Assembly (NCBI GenBank): GCA_013285655.1
Contig: JABDHI010000002.1
Span: 9,117 to 73,116, forward strand
DNA from: Bacteroidota bacterium
Lineage (GTDB): Bacteria > Bacteroidota > Bacteroidia > JABEUT01
Length of the DNA: 64,000 nt
Direction of reading: 5' to 3'
Shown here: positions 9,088 to 20,122 of the stretch, piece after piece
How positions within the stretch are numbered: the first letter of the stretch is position 1
How the letters are laid out: each line of letters opens with the position of its first letter
Position numbers and translations under genes: made by a program
Notes under the pieces: model-generated
Databases searched by the model: none
What the model saw: only the letters and a program-made list of their open reading frames with translations
Told to the model about the DNA's origin: nothing

Positions 9088-10431
9088 TTACGCCGCCGTA
9101 GCGCCGCTTAATGATGTCCTGCCTTTAATCCTGCCGGTCTTCATTAATCCATCGTAGTGGCGCATTAACAGATAGCTCTCAATTTGTTGAAGAGTATCCA
9201 TCATAACACCTACTAAAATAAGTAATGAGGTTCCGCCATAAAAACGTGCAAATGAGTTATCCATACCAAATTTCATAGCTATTGAAGGCATGATAGCCAC
9301 AAAAGCAAGGAATACGGCACCCGGTAAGGTAATACGAGACATTACCATATCAATATACTCGGCAGTCTTTTTACCTGGTTTAACACCCGGTATATAGCCA
9401 CCATTGCGTTTCATATCCTCAGCCATTTGGTTAGGATTGATGATAACTGCTGTATAGAAATAGGTAAAGGCAACGATCATAACACCAAACAGGAAGTTAT
9501 ACCAGAAACCACCAATATCGGTAAGCGCACTAACAATACCCGACATAGTTGCCGAAGTAGAAAAGCCTGCTAATGTTATTGGAAGGAACATGATAGCCTG
9601 TGCAAAAATGATTGGCATAACACCCGATGCGTTCACCTTTAATGGGATGAATTGACGAGCGCCACCATATTGTTTGTTACCTACTATACGTTTTGCAAAC
9701 TGAACCGGTATACGGCGTGTACCTTGCACCAGTAATATAGTTGCCATAACCACAGCTACTAAGAATACTAATTCTACAAGTAATACTATAAGTCCGCCAC
9801 CGTTAGATGCAACACGCGATGCAAATTCCTGGAAGAATGATGCAGGCAGCCTGGCTATAATACCGATCATAATAATGAGCGATATACCATTTCCAATACC
9901 TTTATCAGTTATCTTTTCGCCTAACCACATTACAAATATGGTACCTGCTATCAACACTAATACTGAACGGATATAGAAGAAAGTAACATTACCTTCTACA
10001 TTAGAATATGCCAATATTTGTGAGTAGATATACCCGGGAGCCTGGAAAGCGGTTACAAACACAGTAAGCACACGTGTAATGCGCTCTATCTTCTTTTGTC
10101 CGCTAGGGCCTTCCTTCTGTAACTTTTGGAAATATGGAACAGCTATACCTAATAACTGCACTACGATTGATGCAGAAATGTATGGCATAATACCTAAACC
10201 AAATATTGAGGCACGGCTAAAAGCACCGCCCGCAAATATATTGATAAGGCCCACAAGGCCACTTCCGGCGTCTGAACCATGGTTTGCAGCAAGCTGCGCT
10301 GAGTTAACGCCAGGCAATATAATGTAAGAGCCTAAACGATATACCAGCAGGAAACCTAAGGTATTCAGTATCCTTACCCTGAGATCCTCAATGGCAAAGA
10401 TGTTTTTTAACGTATTAATGAAATTCTTCAC
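9088..10431 (-). CDS. secY: Preprotein translocase subunit SecY
   Basis: 447 aa, 10-TM pattern, position after rplO. Confidence 0.95.
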   Translation of the reverse strand: MKNFINTLKNIFAIEDLRVRILNTLGFLLVYRLGSYIILPGVNSAQLAANHGSDAGSGLVGLINIFAGGAFSRASIFGLGIMPYISASIVVQLLGIAVPYFQKLQKEGPSGQKKIERITRVLTVFVTAFQAPGYIYSQILAYSNVEGNVTFFYIRSVLVLIAGTIFVMWLGEKITDKGIGNGISLIIMIGIIARLPASFFQEFASRVASNGGGLIVLLVELVFLVAVVMATILLVQGTRRIPVQFAKRIVGNKQYGGARQFIPLKVNASGVMPIIFAQAIMFLPITLAGFSTSATMSGIVSALTDIGGFWYNFLFGVMIVAFTYFYTAVIINPNQMAEDMKRNGGYIPGVKPGKKTAEYIDMVMSRITLPGAVFLAFVAIMPSIAMKFGMDNSFARFYGGTSLLILVGVMMDTLQQIESYLLMRHYDGLMKTGRIKGRTSLSGATAA

Positions 10432-10445
10432 AAATAATAGCGGTG

Positions 10446-10919
10446 TTATTCGGCTTTCTTAACTTTTCTTTCTGTAATAAGGGCTTTACCTTTCTGGCCT
10501 TCAATGGCTGTTTTAGCAGCAGCAGAGAACGCATCAGCGGTAATTTCGAGGGCTGCATTAAACTTGTCAGCTCCCCTGCTAAGTACTTTTATGTTAGCGC
10601 GCTTTGATGCAAGGCCGTGCATAACAAAGAAATCTCTGTTAACCACTTTTACACCTGCAGCAGCAGCAACTTCCTGTATAGTATCAAGGTTAATACCATG
10701 AAACTCTACACGGTGAACATTTTTGAAACCGTACTTAGGTACACGTTTGTGTAAAGGCATTTGACCACCTTCAAAACCACGCTTTGCAGAATAACCTGCT
10801 CTTGCTTGCGCACCTTTGTTACCCCTGGTTGCAGTTCCGCCTCGCGAACCTTCACCACGCGCAATTCTTTTACGTTTATGTGTTGAACCTTTTTTCGGTT
10901 TTAAATTATGCAATTCCAT
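10446..10919 (-). CDS. rplO: 50S ribosomal protein L15
   Basis: LHNLKPKKGSTHKRKRIARGEGSRGGTATRG. Confidence 0.93.
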   Translation of the reverse strand: MELHNLKPKKGSTHKRKRIARGEGSRGGTATRGNKGAQARAGYSAKRGFEGGQMPLHKRVPKYGFKNVHRVEFHGINLDTIQEVAAAAGVKVVNRDFFVMHGLASKRANIKVLSRGADKFNAALEITADAFSAAAKTAIEGQKGKALITERKVKKAE

Positions 10920-10937
10920 CTTCTACTTTTTAATCAG

Positions 10938-11114
10938 TTATGCTAATATGTTCACTAAATGGTGTACTTTACGCACCATTCCTCGTATTTGAGGGGTATC
11001 GTTCTTTTCAATGATCTGGTTAAGCCTGGTAAAACCAAGTGCTTTCAGTGTCCTCTTCTGATCAGCAGGGTGATCTATACCGCTGCGAACCTGTTGTATT
11101 TTAATCTTAGCCAT
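10938..11114 (-). CDS. rpmD: 50S ribosomal protein L30 (58 aa)
   Basis: Not in the ORF track. Hand translation: MAKIKIQQVRSGIDHPADQKRTLKALGFTRLNQIIEKNDTPQIRGMVRKVHHLVNILA. Confidence 0.88.
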   Translation of the reverse strand: MAKIKIQQVRSGIDHPADQKRTLKALGFTRLNQIIEKNDTPQIRGMVRKVHHLVNILA

Positions 11115-11125
11115 GATTCTGTTTA

Positions 11126-11650
11126 TTATCCGTTAAATACTCTGTCTACTTCAATAGAACGGTGAGCTGCCACTGTCCTTGCATCACGCAGTTGCATCAA
11201 AGCATCCATAGTAGCTTTTACTACGTTGTGCGGATTCGATGAACCTAATGATTTTGCTAACACGTCTTTAATACCAACGCTTTCAAGTACGGCACGCATA
11301 GCACCACCTGCTATAACACCGGTACCCGCAGCTGCAGGCTTAATAAATACGCGAGAACCGCTGTACTTACCTGATTGTTCGTGTGGGATGGTTGCTTTTG
11401 TCAATGAAACCTTAATAAGGTTCTTCTTGGCATCTTCAATACCTTTGGTAACTGCATCGGTAACCTCACGGGCTTTTCCAAGACCATAGCCTACTATGCC
11501 CTTTTCATTACCCACTACCACAATAGCTGCAAAACTAAAAGTTCTACCACCCTTGGTAACTTTGGTTACACGTTGAACCGCTACCAGCTTATCCTTAAGC
11601 TCAACATCGGTAGAACGTACCCTTTTTACTGAAACATTTGATCCTGACAT
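11126..11650 (-). CDS. rpsE: 30S ribosomal protein S5
   Basis: [24 protein letters not shown]. Confidence 0.95.
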   Translation of the reverse strand: MSGSNVSVKRVRSTDVELKDKLVAVQRVTKVTKGGRTFSFAAIVVVGNEKGIVGYGLGKAREVTDAVTKGIEDAKKNLIKVSLTKATIPHEQSGKYSGSRVFIKPAAAGTGVIAGGAMRAVLESVGIKDVLAKSLGSSNPHNVVKATMDALMQLRDARTVAAHRSIEVDRVFNG

Positions 11651-11682
11651 GTTCTTTATTTCTTAATTAATTGTAATTCTTA

Positions 11683-12045
11683 TTAAAACTTTAATCCGCC
11701 TTCTCTTGCGCCTTCAGCAAGAGCCTTAACCCTTCCGTGGTAAAGGTATCCGCCTCTGTCAAATACTACTTTGCTAACACCTGCTTTCGAAGTTCTTTCT
11801 GCAACAAGCTTTCCAACTTCCTTAGCCATTTCTGACTTGGTAGCCTTTTTCTTAGCAAGGTCTTTTTCTAAAGACGATGCAGCAGCAACGGTTTTACCCG
11901 AAATATCATCAATTACCTGAGCATATATTTCAGAATTGCTTCTGTATACAGCCAACCTTGGAGATTCTGCACTGCCTTCGATCTTACGACGGATGCGGTA
12001 TCTGATCTTCCTTCTCCTGGTTATTTTATTACTTGTGTTAGCCAT
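11683..12045 (-). CDS. rplR: 50S ribosomal protein L18
   Basis: [18 protein letters not shown]...[16 protein letters not shown]. Confidence 0.95.
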   Translation of the reverse strand: MANTSNKITRRRKIRYRIRRKIEGSAESPRLAVYRSNSEIYAQVIDDISGKTVAAASSLEKDLAKKKATKSEMAKEVGKLVAERTSKAGVSKVVFDRGGYLYHGRVKALAEGAREGGLKF

Positions 12046-12081
12046 GACTTTATATTCTTAATTTTTAATTCTTAATTCTGA

Positions 12082-12642
12082 TTATTTAGCGCTACCTGCA
12101 GCAGATTTACCAGCCTTGATACGTAATTGTTCGCCAGCATAACGTACACCCTTGCCTTTATAAACGTCAGGTTTACGAAGCGAACGTATCTTAGATGATA
12201 CCATGCCAAGTAATTCTTTATCGTGAGATTCAAGAACCAGTGACGGAGCTTTACCCTTTTCAGTAGTAGAACTAGCCTTGATATCTTTAGGTAATTCAAA
12301 TATAATAGTGTGCGAAAAGCCTAAGGTAAGATCAAGCATTTGGCCTTGTGTGCTTACTTTAAAACCTACACCCACAATTTCCTGGTTGGTTTTAAAACCT
12401 TGCGATACACCAATAACCATGTTATTGATAAGTGACCTGTAAAGGCCATGTAAAGCCTTGTGCCTCTTTTGATCGCTTGGCCTTTTTACTACTACGTGGC
12501 CATCTTCTACAGCTACGGTAATATCGGCATCAATGGTACGGGTAAGTGCACCTTTAGGGCCTTTTACGTTAATAACATTTTTATTAACGCTAACCTCTGT
12601 TCCCTTTGGTATTGCTATCGGTAATTTTCCTATCCTGGACAT
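12082..12642 (-). CDS. rplF: 50S ribosomal protein L6
   Basis: MSRIGKLPIAIPKGTEV. Confidence 0.95.
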   Translation of the reverse strand: MSRIGKLPIAIPKGTEVSVNKNVINVKGPKGALTRTIDADITVAVEDGHVVVKRPSDQKRHKALHGLYRSLINNMVIGVSQGFKTNQEIVGVGFKVSTQGQMLDLTLGFSHTIIFELPKDIKASSTTEKGKAPSLVLESHDKELLGMVSSKIRSLRKPDVYKGKGVRYAGEQLRIKAGKSAAGSAK

Positions 12643-12664
12643 TGTCTTTAAATTTTAGTATCTA

Positions 12665-13063
12665 TTAATAAACGTAACATATAACCTCTCCGCCTACATT
12701 CTTGGTGCGGGCTTCCTTATCTGTCATAACACCTTGCGATGTTGAAACAATAGCTACACCCAAGCCATTCAGTACGCGTGGTAACCCATCGGCACCGGTG
12801 TACTTACGTAAACCCGGACGGCTGATGCGTTCAATCTTTTTAATAGCAGAAAGACGTGAAGGCGAGTTATACTTAAGTGCAATTTTAATCACACCCTGGT
12901 GGCCTGTTTTTTCTTCTACTTTATAGTTAAGGATATATCCCTTTTCATGAAGAATACGGGTAATTTCCTTTTTAAGGTTTGATGCAGGAATTTCTACAAG
13001 CCTGTGTCTTGCCTTTATTGCGTTACGAACTCGTGTTAAGTAGTCAGCTATTGAATCTGTCAT
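12665..13063 (-). CDS. rpsH: 30S ribosomal protein S8
   Basis: [15 protein letters not shown]. Confidence 0.95.
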   Translation of the reverse strand: MTDSIADYLTRVRNAIKARHRLVEIPASNLKKEITRILHEKGYILNYKVEEKTGHQGVIKIALKYNSPSRLSAIKKIERISRPGLRKYTGADGLPRVLNGLGVAIVSTSQGVMTDKEARTKNVGGEVICYVY

Positions 13064-13090
13064 TTCTCTTTTTATTATTATGTTTTAAAC

Positions 13091-13360
13091 TTACCAGCTA
13101 GATTTGGTTACACCCGGTATCTTACCGTTAAGGGCCCATTCCCTGAACATGTTCCTGCAAATACCAAATTGGCGCATGTATCCTCTTGGCCTACCGGTTA
13201 TTTTGCAGCGATTACGCAGACGAACTGCTGATGAGTTGCGAGGCAACTTAGATAAGCCTACGTAATCGCCTGCTTTCTTAAGCGCTGCTCTTCTCTCAGC
13301 GTACTGATCAACGAGTCTTTCTCTTTTTACCTGACGTGCTTTAACACATTCTTTTGCCAT
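13091..13360 (-). CDS. rpsN: 30S ribosomal protein S14 (long, 89-aa form)
   Basis: [16 protein letters not shown]...[13 protein letters not shown]. Confidence 0.95.
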   Translation of the reverse strand: MAKECVKARQVKRERLVDQYAERRAALKKAGDYVGLSKLPRNSSAVRLRNRCKITGRPRGYMRQFGICRNMFREWALNGKIPGVTKSSW

Positions 13361-13385
13361 TGGTCTATTGTATAAAAATTATTTA

Positions 13386-13970
13386 TTATTCTTCTGAATT
13401 AAGTTTCTTGAACGGCATACCGAAAGATTCTAATAAAGCAAATGCTTCTTCGTCTGTCTTTGCTGTAGTAACAAAGGTTATATCCATACCCATGATACGG
13501 CTAACTTTGTCCATTACTATTTCCGGAAATATAATTTGCTCGGTAATACCAAGGGTATAGTTACCATGGCCATCAAAACCTTTACGTTCAATACCTTTAA
13601 AGTCACGGATACGTGGCAATGCTGCTGAAATAAGACGATCTAAGAAATCGTACATATTGTTACCCCTTAAGGTAACGCGGCAGCCTACAGCTACACCTTT
13701 TCTTAATTTAAAGTTCGCTATATCTTTCTTCGATTTAGCGGTAACTGCTTTCTGGCCTGTAACAGCTGTCATTTCATTAACTGCTGCTTCAGCAAGCTTA
13801 CGGTCAGATACTGCAATACCCAAGCCCTGGTTCAAACAGATCTTAGAGATCTTTGGTACTTCCATGCTGCTGGTATAGCCATATTTCTTCTGCAATGCAG
13901 GAGAAATGTTCTTATCATACATGGCCTTAAGCCTTGGTGTATATGTTGCTGTTTTGTTGGTGCTGCTCAT
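13386..13970 (-). CDS. rplE: 50S ribosomal protein L5
   Basis: PRLKAMYDK...NFKLRKGVAVGCRVTLRG. Confidence 0.95.
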   Translation of the reverse strand: MSSTNKTATYTPRLKAMYDKNISPALQKKYGYTSSMEVPKISKICLNQGLGIAVSDRKLAEAAVNEMTAVTGQKAVTAKSKKDIANFKLRKGVAVGCRVTLRGNNMYDFLDRLISAALPRIRDFKGIERKGFDGHGNYTLGITEQIIFPEIVMDKVSRIMGMDITFVTTAKTDEEAFALLESFGMPFKKLNSEE

Positions 13971-13978
13971 GACTTAAT

Positions 13979-14329
13979 TTATTTTGTAGCCTCTTTTATT
14001 ACTTCTCCTGTTTTCTTTGCAATTCTTACAATCTTGTTAGATTTCTCGTCGTGCTTACGGCCTACACGTGTAGGTTTTCCGCTTGCCGGATCGATAAGCA
14101 TAAGGTTAGATATATTAATAGAAGCTTCCTTCTTGATAATACCACCTTTTGGGCTTTTTTGATTAGGCTTTGTGTGACGAGAAACAACATTAATGCCTTC
14201 TACAAATGCCCTGTAACGGTCAGTATCAATATCCAGTATTTTACCCTCTTGTCCGCGAGAGTTACCAGATAGGACCTTCACCATATCTCCTTTCTTTAGC
14301 TTTATTTTTACCTTTAAAATTGTCTTCAT
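13979..14329 (-). CDS. rplX: 50S ribosomal protein L24
   Basis: ATG at 14329 (MKTILKVKIKLKKGDMVKVLSG) preferred over the track's TTG at 14350. Confidence 0.9.
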   Translation of the reverse strand: MKTILKVKIKLKKGDMVKVLSGNSRGQEGKILDIDTDRYRAFVEGINVVSRHTKPNQKSPKGGIIKKEASINISNLMLIDPASGKPTRVGRKHDEKSNKIVRIAKKTGEVIKEATK

Positions 14330-14389
14330 TTTATGAAAAAAGGGTTGCAAAGTTAATTTTTATTCGAATATATTCGACTTTTTCTTTAT

Positions 14390-14758
14390 TTATAGTACTT
14401 CCGGAGCCAATGATATGATCTTCATGAATTGTTTTTCACGCAATTCCCTTGCTACCGGGCCGAAGATACGTGTGCCTCTCAACTCCTCCGCATCGTTAAG
14501 TAATACTACTGCATTATCATCAAAACGGATAAAAGAACCGTCAGCACGTTTGGTAGCACGTTTTGTACGTACAATTACTGCTTTCGATACAGCACCTTTC
14601 TTTATACCACCTGTAGGTATTGCATCCTTTACGGTAATAACGATCTTATCTCCAATACCGGCCGAACGCCTGTGGCTATCACCCAATATACGGATACAAA
14701 GCACTTCCTTAGCTCCGCTGTTATCTGCACATACTAATCTCGACTCTTGTGTTATCAT
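14390..14758 (-). CDS. rplN: 50S ribosomal protein L14
   Basis: [19 protein letters not shown]. Confidence 0.95.
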   Translation of the reverse strand: MITQESRLVCADNSGAKEVLCIRILGDSHRRSAGIGDKIVITVKDAIPTGGIKKGAVSKAVIVRTKRATKRADGSFIRFDDNAVVLLNDAEELRGTRIFGPVARELREKQFMKIISLAPEVL

Positions 14759-14786
14759 GGCTTAAAAAATTTAAATCAATTAATAC

Positions 14787-15044
14787 TTACTTGGCTTTTT
14801 CTACTATTTCCACCAATCTCCAGCACTTGTTCTTGCTCAATGGCCTGGTTTCTTCAATACGAACTAGGTCGCCGCTATGCGCTTCATCCTTTTCGTCGTG
14901 CGCAAAGAATTTAGATGTACGCTTAATGTACTTACCGTACTTAGCGTGCATAATCTTCCTTTCTACGCTTACCACAATGGTTTTAGCCATTTTATCGCTG
15001 GTAACCAGACCTACTTTTTCTTTTCTTAACTTACGTTCTTCCAT
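14787..15044 (-). CDS. rpsQ: 30S ribosomal protein S17
   Basis: [19 protein letters not shown]. Confidence 0.95.
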   Translation of the reverse strand: MEERKLRKEKVGLVTSDKMAKTIVVSVERKIMHAKYGKYIKRTSKFFAHDEKDEAHSGDLVRIEETRPLSKNKCWRLVEIVEKAK

Positions 15045-15071
15045 GAGGAAATATTAATAGATAATTGTGTT

Positions 15072-15278
15072 TTATTTCGATTTAACGGTTGATTTTGCCC
15101 TTTCGCTTGACTCGGTAAGGAGACGTGCAACAAGTTTGCGTTGGCTGCGTACCCTTATTGGGCTCTCTATTGGAGATACTGCATGCTGAAGCTTAAGCTT
15201 GGTAAGAAGCATTTGCTCACTTGCAATTTTTTCTTTCAGTTCGCTGTCGCTTAATTTCTTAATTTCTACTGATTCCAT
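15072..15278 (-). CDS. rpmC: 50S ribosomal protein L29
   Basis: Position and the LKEKIASEQMLLTKLKLQHA pattern. Confidence 0.9.
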   Translation of the reverse strand: MESVEIKKLSDSELKEKIASEQMLLTKLKLQHAVSPIESPIRVRSQRKLVARLLTESSERAKSTVKSK

Positions 15279-15308
15279 TTTACTATCTTATTATAAATTT
15301 CAATTCAA

Positions 15309-15740
15309 TTACTTAGCTGCTTCTTCAACGTATTCGCGGCGAACCACAAACTTGGTTGTTATTGGCAGTTTATGTGATGCCAAACGGAAAGCTGCTTGAG
15401 CTTCTGCCATGGTAACACCTTCAATTTCGAAAATGATACGGCCTGGTTGTACAACTGCTGCCCAAAATTCAGGAGCACCTTTACCCTTACCCATACGTAC
15501 TTCGGCAGGTTTACGGGTAATTGGCTTATCTGGGAATATACGTATCCAAGCTTGTCCTTTACGTTGCATATGGCGGGTAAGCGCTACACGGGCTGCTTCA
15601 ATTTGCCTGTCGCTGATCCAAGCACCTTGTATTGCTTTTAAACCGAATGAACCAAATGCTAATTCACTGCCCCTCTTGGTATCACCCTTTGGTGGCATCT
15701 TATGCATCTTACGGAACTTTGTCTTTTTAGGCTGTAACAT
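15309..15740 (-). CDS. rplP: 50S ribosomal protein L16
   Basis: [14 protein letters not shown]. Confidence 0.95.
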   Translation of the reverse strand: MLQPKKTKFRKMHKMPPKGDTKRGSELAFGSFGLKAIQGAWISDRQIEAARVALTRHMQRKGQAWIRIFPDKPITRKPAEVRMGKGKGAPEFWAAVVQPGRIIFEIEGVTMAEAQAAFRLASHKLPITTKFVVRREYVEEAAK

Positions 15741-15784
15741 CTTTTCTTAGATTACTTATTTAAAATTCTTAATTTTTTATTGAA

Positions 15785-16567
15785 TTAAGCTTCGTTTCTT
15801 GGTCCTCTTTTCTTATTACCACCGCCATTACTTGGCCTGCGGTCTCCTCTATCTCCCCTATTGTCTCTGCTATCACCACCTTTGTTGAAGCTTAAGCTCT
15901 TTTTGTCTTTCATCATTCCAATATTTGGAGAAAGATCGCGTTTGCCATAAATTTCTCCACGGCATATCCAAACTTTGATACCGATACGGCCATAGGTTGT
16001 GTGTGCTTCAGAAATTGCATAGTCAATATCAGATCTTAAAGTATGCAATGGTGTACGACCTTCTTTGTAAATTTCAGAACGAGCGATATCTGCTCCTTCT
16101 ACACGGCCCGAGATACGGATCTTGATACCTTCAGCACCCATACGCATGCTGGTAGAAATTGAGTTCTTAATAGCTCTCTTGTAAAATATACGGCCTTCAA
16201 TTTGACGTGCAATACCTTCCGATACTAAACGTGCATCTAATTCAGGGCGTTTTATTTCAAATATGTTTATTTGAATTTCTTTCTTGGTGATCTTCTTTAA
16301 CTCTTCACGCAGTTTATCAACTTCTTTACCGCCTTTACCAATAATAATACCGGGACGTGATGTATTAATGGTAACAGTAATAAGCTTCAATGTCCTTTCA
16401 ATAACAATTTTCGACACGCTGCCCTTAGCTAACCTGGCAAGCAGGTAGTTACGAATTTGCTCGTCCTCTATTAACTTATCAGCATAATGACGGCCACCGT
16501 ACCAGTTAGAATCCCATCCTTTAATGATACCTAGCCTTATGCCTATTGGATTTGCCTTTTGTCCCAT
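15785..16567 (-). CDS. rpsC: 30S ribosomal protein S3 (RG/DR-rich C-terminal tail)
   Basis: [23 protein letters not shown]. Confidence 0.95.
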   Translation of the reverse strand: MGQKANPIGIRLGIIKGWDSNWYGGRHYADKLIEDEQIRNYLLARLAKGSVSKIVIERTLKLITVTINTSRPGIIIGKGGKEVDKLREELKKITKKEIQINIFEIKRPELDARLVSEGIARQIEGRIFYKRAIKNSISTSMRMGAEGIKIRISGRVEGADIARSEIYKEGRTPLHTLRSDIDYAISEAHTTYGRIGIKVWICRGEIYGKRDLSPNIGMMKDKKSLSFNKGGDSRDNRGDRGDRRPSNGGGNKKRGPRNEA

Positions 16568-16593
16568 TTTTTCGTTTTAATTATAATATTTTA

Positions 16594-17040
16594 TTATTCA
16601 GCAGAATTATTATCGGTTACTTCAGCAGCTGTTTTAGCAGTAGCTTCTTCTACACGTTTGTCAACAATAAGAGTAACGTGGTTCGAACGTTTACGAACGC
16701 GGTATGCCCTTCCTTGCGGAGCCGGACGGAAACGCTTTAATGTAGCAGCGCCGTCAACAAAAACGGTCTTTACATACAGGTTGCTTTCCTCTGCCCTTTC
16801 TCCTGTCTTTTGTTCAAAGTTAGAGATTGCTGAGGTTAACAGCTTTTCCATTTTCTTAGCCGCATGCTTAGGGCTAAAATGCAATATATTAAGCGCCTGG
16901 TAAACGTTTTTACCTTGTATTAATTCAGCTACCAATGCCATTTTGGTTGGCGAGGTAGGACAATTGCTAAGCCTTGCAAGGTATGTAGTTTTCCTTGCTT
17001 CTTTTCTTTTGTCTGCGCTGATTTGTTTCCTTGATCCCAT
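16594..17040 (-). CDS. rplV: 50S ribosomal protein L22
   Basis: Position and the [14 protein letters not shown] pattern. Confidence 0.93.
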   Translation of the reverse strand: MGSRKQISADKRKEARKTTYLARLSNCPTSPTKMALVAELIQGKNVYQALNILHFSPKHAAKKMEKLLTSAISNFEQKTGERAEESNLYVKTVFVDGAATLKRFRPAPQGRAYRVRKRSNHVTLIVDKRVEEATAKTAAEVTDNNSAE

Positions 17041-17067
17041 TGTTTATTTATATAATGCGTTAGTCAA

Positions 17068-17358
17068 TTATTTGCCTGCAGGAGCTGCGTCAGCCTTACG
17101 GTGACCTGCGTGACCCCTATAGGTACGTGTTGGTGCAAATTCGCCAAGCTTATGGCCTACCATGTTCTCATTGCAATAAACCGGAATGAACTTGTGTCCA
17201 TTGTGTACTGCAAAAGTGTTACCCACAAAATCAGGGGTAATTGTGCTGCGGCGAGACCAGGTTTTAATAACTGTCTTCTTGGGAGCAGCATTCATAGCAT
17301 CCACTTTCTCCTGGAGCTTAAAATCTATAAAAGGACCTTTTTTAATTGAACGAGCCAT
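17068..17358 (-). CDS. rpsS: 30S ribosomal protein S19
   Basis: [15 protein letters not shown]. Confidence 0.95.
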   Translation of the reverse strand: MARSIKKGPFIDFKLQEKVDAMNAAPKKTVIKTWSRRSTITPDFVGNTFAVHNGHKFIPVYCNENMVGHKLGEFAPTRTYRGHAGHRKADAAPAGK

Positions 17359-17379
17359 GTTGTATGGATTTTAATTTAC

Positions 17380-18213
17380 TTATTTCTTTCTTCTTTCAAT
17401 GATAAACTTAGTGCTTGCATTCTTAGGCTTACGAGTCTTATAACCCTTAGCCGGAATACCTTTACGTGAACGTGGGTGTCCGCCTGAAGCTTTACCCTCA
17501 CCACCACCCATTGGGTGATCGACTGGGTTCATTGATACACCACGGTTACGAGGCCTGCGGCCTAACCATCTGCGGCGGCCGGCTTTACCATGTATTTCTA
17601 AGCTATGGTCAGGGTTCGATAGCGAACCTACTGTAGCCATACATGTAGCCAAAATCATACGGGTTTCGCCGGAAGGCATTTTTAAGATAACATAGTTACC
17701 ATCCTTAGCAGCTAACTGAGCTGACGTGCCTGCGCTGCGGGCTAACTTAGCACCTTGGCCAGGACGCATTTCAATATTGTGAACGGTAGTACCCAATGGC
17801 ATGCTACCTAAAGCAAGTGCATTTCCCATATCAGGAGAAGCATCTTTGCCCGACATGATCTTTTGGCCTACTTTCAATCCATGCGGAGCAAGGATATATC
17901 TCTTTTCGCCATCAGCGTAGAAAAGAAGAGCGATACGTGATGTACGGTTTGGATCGTACTCAATGGTCTGCACAGTTGCAGGTATACCAGCTTTATCTCT
18001 CTTAAAATCTATTTCGCGGAAACGTTGTTTATGACCGCCACCAATGTAGCGCATTGTCATTTTACCGCTGTTGTTACGGCCACCTCTCTTGTGTCTAGGA
18101 CGAAGCAAGCTCTTTTCAGGCTTGTTCATGCTATCCATAGTAAGGTCTTCGTAGCTATCGGTTAGCTTAAAACGTTGTCCCGGTGTTAATGGTCGTGTTT
18201 TCTTTAGTGCCAT
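17380..18213 (-). CDS. rplB: 50S ribosomal protein L2
   Basis: [15 protein letters not shown]...[13 protein letters not shown]. Confidence 0.95.
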   Translation of the reverse strand: MALKKTRPLTPGQRFKLTDSYEDLTMDSMNKPEKSLLRPRHKRGGRNNSGKMTMRYIGGGHKQRFREIDFKRDKAGIPATVQTIEYDPNRTSRIALLFYADGEKRYILAPHGLKVGQKIMSGKDASPDMGNALALGSMPLGTTVHNIEMRPGQGAKLARSAGTSAQLAAKDGNYVILKMPSGETRMILATCMATVGSLSNPDHSLEIHGKAGRRRWLGRRPRNRGVSMNPVDHPMGGGEGKASGGHPRSRKGIPAKGYKTRKPKNASTKFIIERRKK

Positions 18214-18224
18214 CTGCTTATATA

Positions 18225-18515
18225 TTAAATATTGCTATAAAAATCAATTGTTTCGCCTTGTTTTAGAGAAACAACAGCTTTTTTGTGTTTACCTACTCTG
18301 CCGGCCAGAACACCCGCACGGGTCATCCTTTTCTTTACTTTACCAGGAGTATTCATAGTTCTTACTTCTACAACCGTTACATTATACATCTTCTCAACAG
18401 CATTCTTAATTTGAATTTTGTTGGCAGTTTTGTTAACGTAAAACCCGTAGCGATTGAACTTATCGCTTTGTGCGGTCATTTTTTCTGTTATTACAGGCTT
18501 AACAATGATACTCAT
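18225..18515 (-). CDS. rplW: 50S ribosomal protein L23
   Basis: [12 protein letters not shown]. Confidence 0.93.
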   Translation of the reverse strand: MSIIVKPVITEKMTAQSDKFNRYGFYVNKTANKIQIKNAVEKMYNVTVVEVRTMNTPGKVKKRMTRAGVLAGRVGKHKKAVVSLKQGETIDFYSNI

Positions 18516-18517
18516 GA

Positions 18518-19147
18518 TTATTCGTTGCTTAAGGTTGTTTCAATTACTGCTATAGACTTTTCTGAAAGCAACACGTGGAATGCGTTCAAAACATCTAATG
18601 TGTTAATATCGGTAGCTTGTATTACTTTAAACTTTTGCAGGTTACGTGCTGAAAGGATAACGTTTTCGTTGATGCTATCAATTACGAGCAGTGTCTTCTT
18701 GCCATCAAGCTTAAAGTTGCTTAACAAGTCAATACATTGTTTTGTCTTAGGCTTTTCAAAGTTGAAGTTCTCAACAATGGTAAGCTTCTCGTCTTTTATC
18801 TTTTGAGAAAGAGCTGATTTACGAGCTAATCTCTTTAATTTCTTATTCAGCTTAAAGTTATAATCCCTTGGGCGAGGACCGAAAGTACGGCCATTACCAT
18901 AAGTAGGGTTCTTAATGCTACCAGAACGTGCACCGCCGGTACCTTTTTGCCTTTTAAGCTTCTTGGTACTACCGCTGTGTTCGCCGCGTTCCTTCACTTG
19001 GTGAGTTCCCTGGCGGGCATTAGCTTGTACTTGCTTAACATCAAGGTAAATAGCATGATCGTTAGGCTCTATTGCAAAAACTTCGTCATTCAACGTAGCT
19101 TTTTTGGTAGTCTTTTCGCCCTTAGCGTTATAAATATTCAGTTCCAT
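18518..19147 (-). CDS. rplD: 50S ribosomal protein L4
   Basis: RQKGTGGARSGSIKNP. Confidence 0.95.
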   Translation of the reverse strand: MELNIYNAKGEKTTKKATLNDEVFAIEPNDHAIYLDVKQVQANARQGTHQVKERGEHSGSTKKLKRQKGTGGARSGSIKNPTYGNGRTFGPRPRDYNFKLNKKLKRLARKSALSQKIKDEKLTIVENFNFEKPKTKQCIDLLSNFKLDGKKTLLVIDSINENVILSARNLQKFKVIQATDINTLDVLNAFHVLLSEKSIAVIETTLSNE

Positions 19148-19172
19148 GTGTATCTGTTAATTATCAGTAATA

Positions 19173-19790
19173 TTATTTGTAAACAATTACATAACCTCCG
19201 TTAGGGCCCGGAACTGCGCCTTTAACAAGGATCACGTTCTTTTCAGCCATTATCTTAACCACTTCAAGGTTTTGCTTTTTTGAATTTTCGCCACCGGTAC
19301 GGCCAGCCATCTTCTTACCTCTCCATACGCGAGAAGGGAATGATGAAGCACCATTTGAACCCGGAGCACGTTGACGATCGTGTTGACCGTGGGTACGTGA
19401 ACCAACACCGCTAAAACCCCATCTTTTTACAACACCCTGAAAGCCCTTACCCTTGGTAACGCCAGATACGTCTACTAAGTCGCCTTCGGCAAACAAGTTA
19501 ACGTCTACAACATCACCGGCCTTAAGTTCATTTTCAAAGTCGGTAAACTCCATAAGTTTTGCTTTAGGAGTAGTGCCCGCCTTTTTAAAGTGGCCCATTT
19601 GAGCTGAGGTAATGTTCTTCTCGGTCTTTTCTGAATAACCAAGTTGAATAGCATTGTAACCTTCTTTTTCGGTGGTTTTTACTTGTGTAACCACGCAAGG
19701 GCCCGCTTGTATTACTGTGCAAGGAACGTAGTCTCCTGCTGCATCGTATACGCTGGTCATCCCAATTTTTTTACCTATCAATCCTGACAT
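19173..19790 (-). CDS. rplC: 50S ribosomal protein L3
   Basis: [16 protein letters not shown]. Confidence 0.95.
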   Translation of the reverse strand: MSGLIGKKIGMTSVYDAAGDYVPCTVIQAGPCVVTQVKTTEKEGYNAIQLGYSEKTEKNITSAQMGHFKKAGTTPKAKLMEFTDFENELKAGDVVDVNLFAEGDLVDVSGVTKGKGFQGVVKRWGFSGVGSRTHGQHDRQRAPGSNGASSFPSRVWRGKKMAGRTGGENSKKQNLEVVKIMAEKNVILVKGAVPGPNGGYVIVYK

Positions 19791-19807
19791 GATCTCTGTT
19801 TTTCTAA

Positions 19808-20110
19808 TTATTTAATATCAACTTCAACGCCACTTGGCAATTCAAGCTTCATCAATGCATCAACGGTCTTCGATGAGCTGATGTAAATGTCCATCAAACG
19901 CTTGTAAGAACAAACCTGGAATTGCTCCCTTGCTTTCTTGTTTACGTGTGGTGAACGAAGTACGGTTTGTATCTTCTTATCGGTAGGCAGCGGAATTGGG
20001 CCACTCACCACAGCACCTGTTTGGCGTATGGTTTTGATAATCTTTTCCACTGACTTGTCAACCAGGTTATGGTCGTACGATTTCAGCTTAATTCTAATCT
20101 TTTGGTTCAT
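19808..20110 (-). CDS. rpsJ: 30S ribosomal protein S10
   Basis: [16 protein letters not shown]. Confidence 0.95.
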   Translation of the reverse strand: MNQKIRIKLKSYDHNLVDKSVEKIIKTIRQTGAVVSGPIPLPTDKKIQTVLRSPHVNKKAREQFQVCSYKRLMDIYISSSKTVDALMKLELPSGVEVDIK

Positions 20111-20122
20111 TTAGAATATTTA

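Noticed and set aside
12072-12299. 75-aa minus-strand ORF in an alternative frame of rplF, and 21952-22185 in an alternative frame of fusA.
   Set aside because: These are out-of-frame overlaps with conserved genes and are very unlikely to be coding.
20111-20122. Absence of tuf between fusA and rpsJ, and of adk between secY and map.
   Set aside because: This is the normal Bacteroidota arrangement, where tuf sits with secE-nusG-rplK elsewhere. It is not an anomaly.
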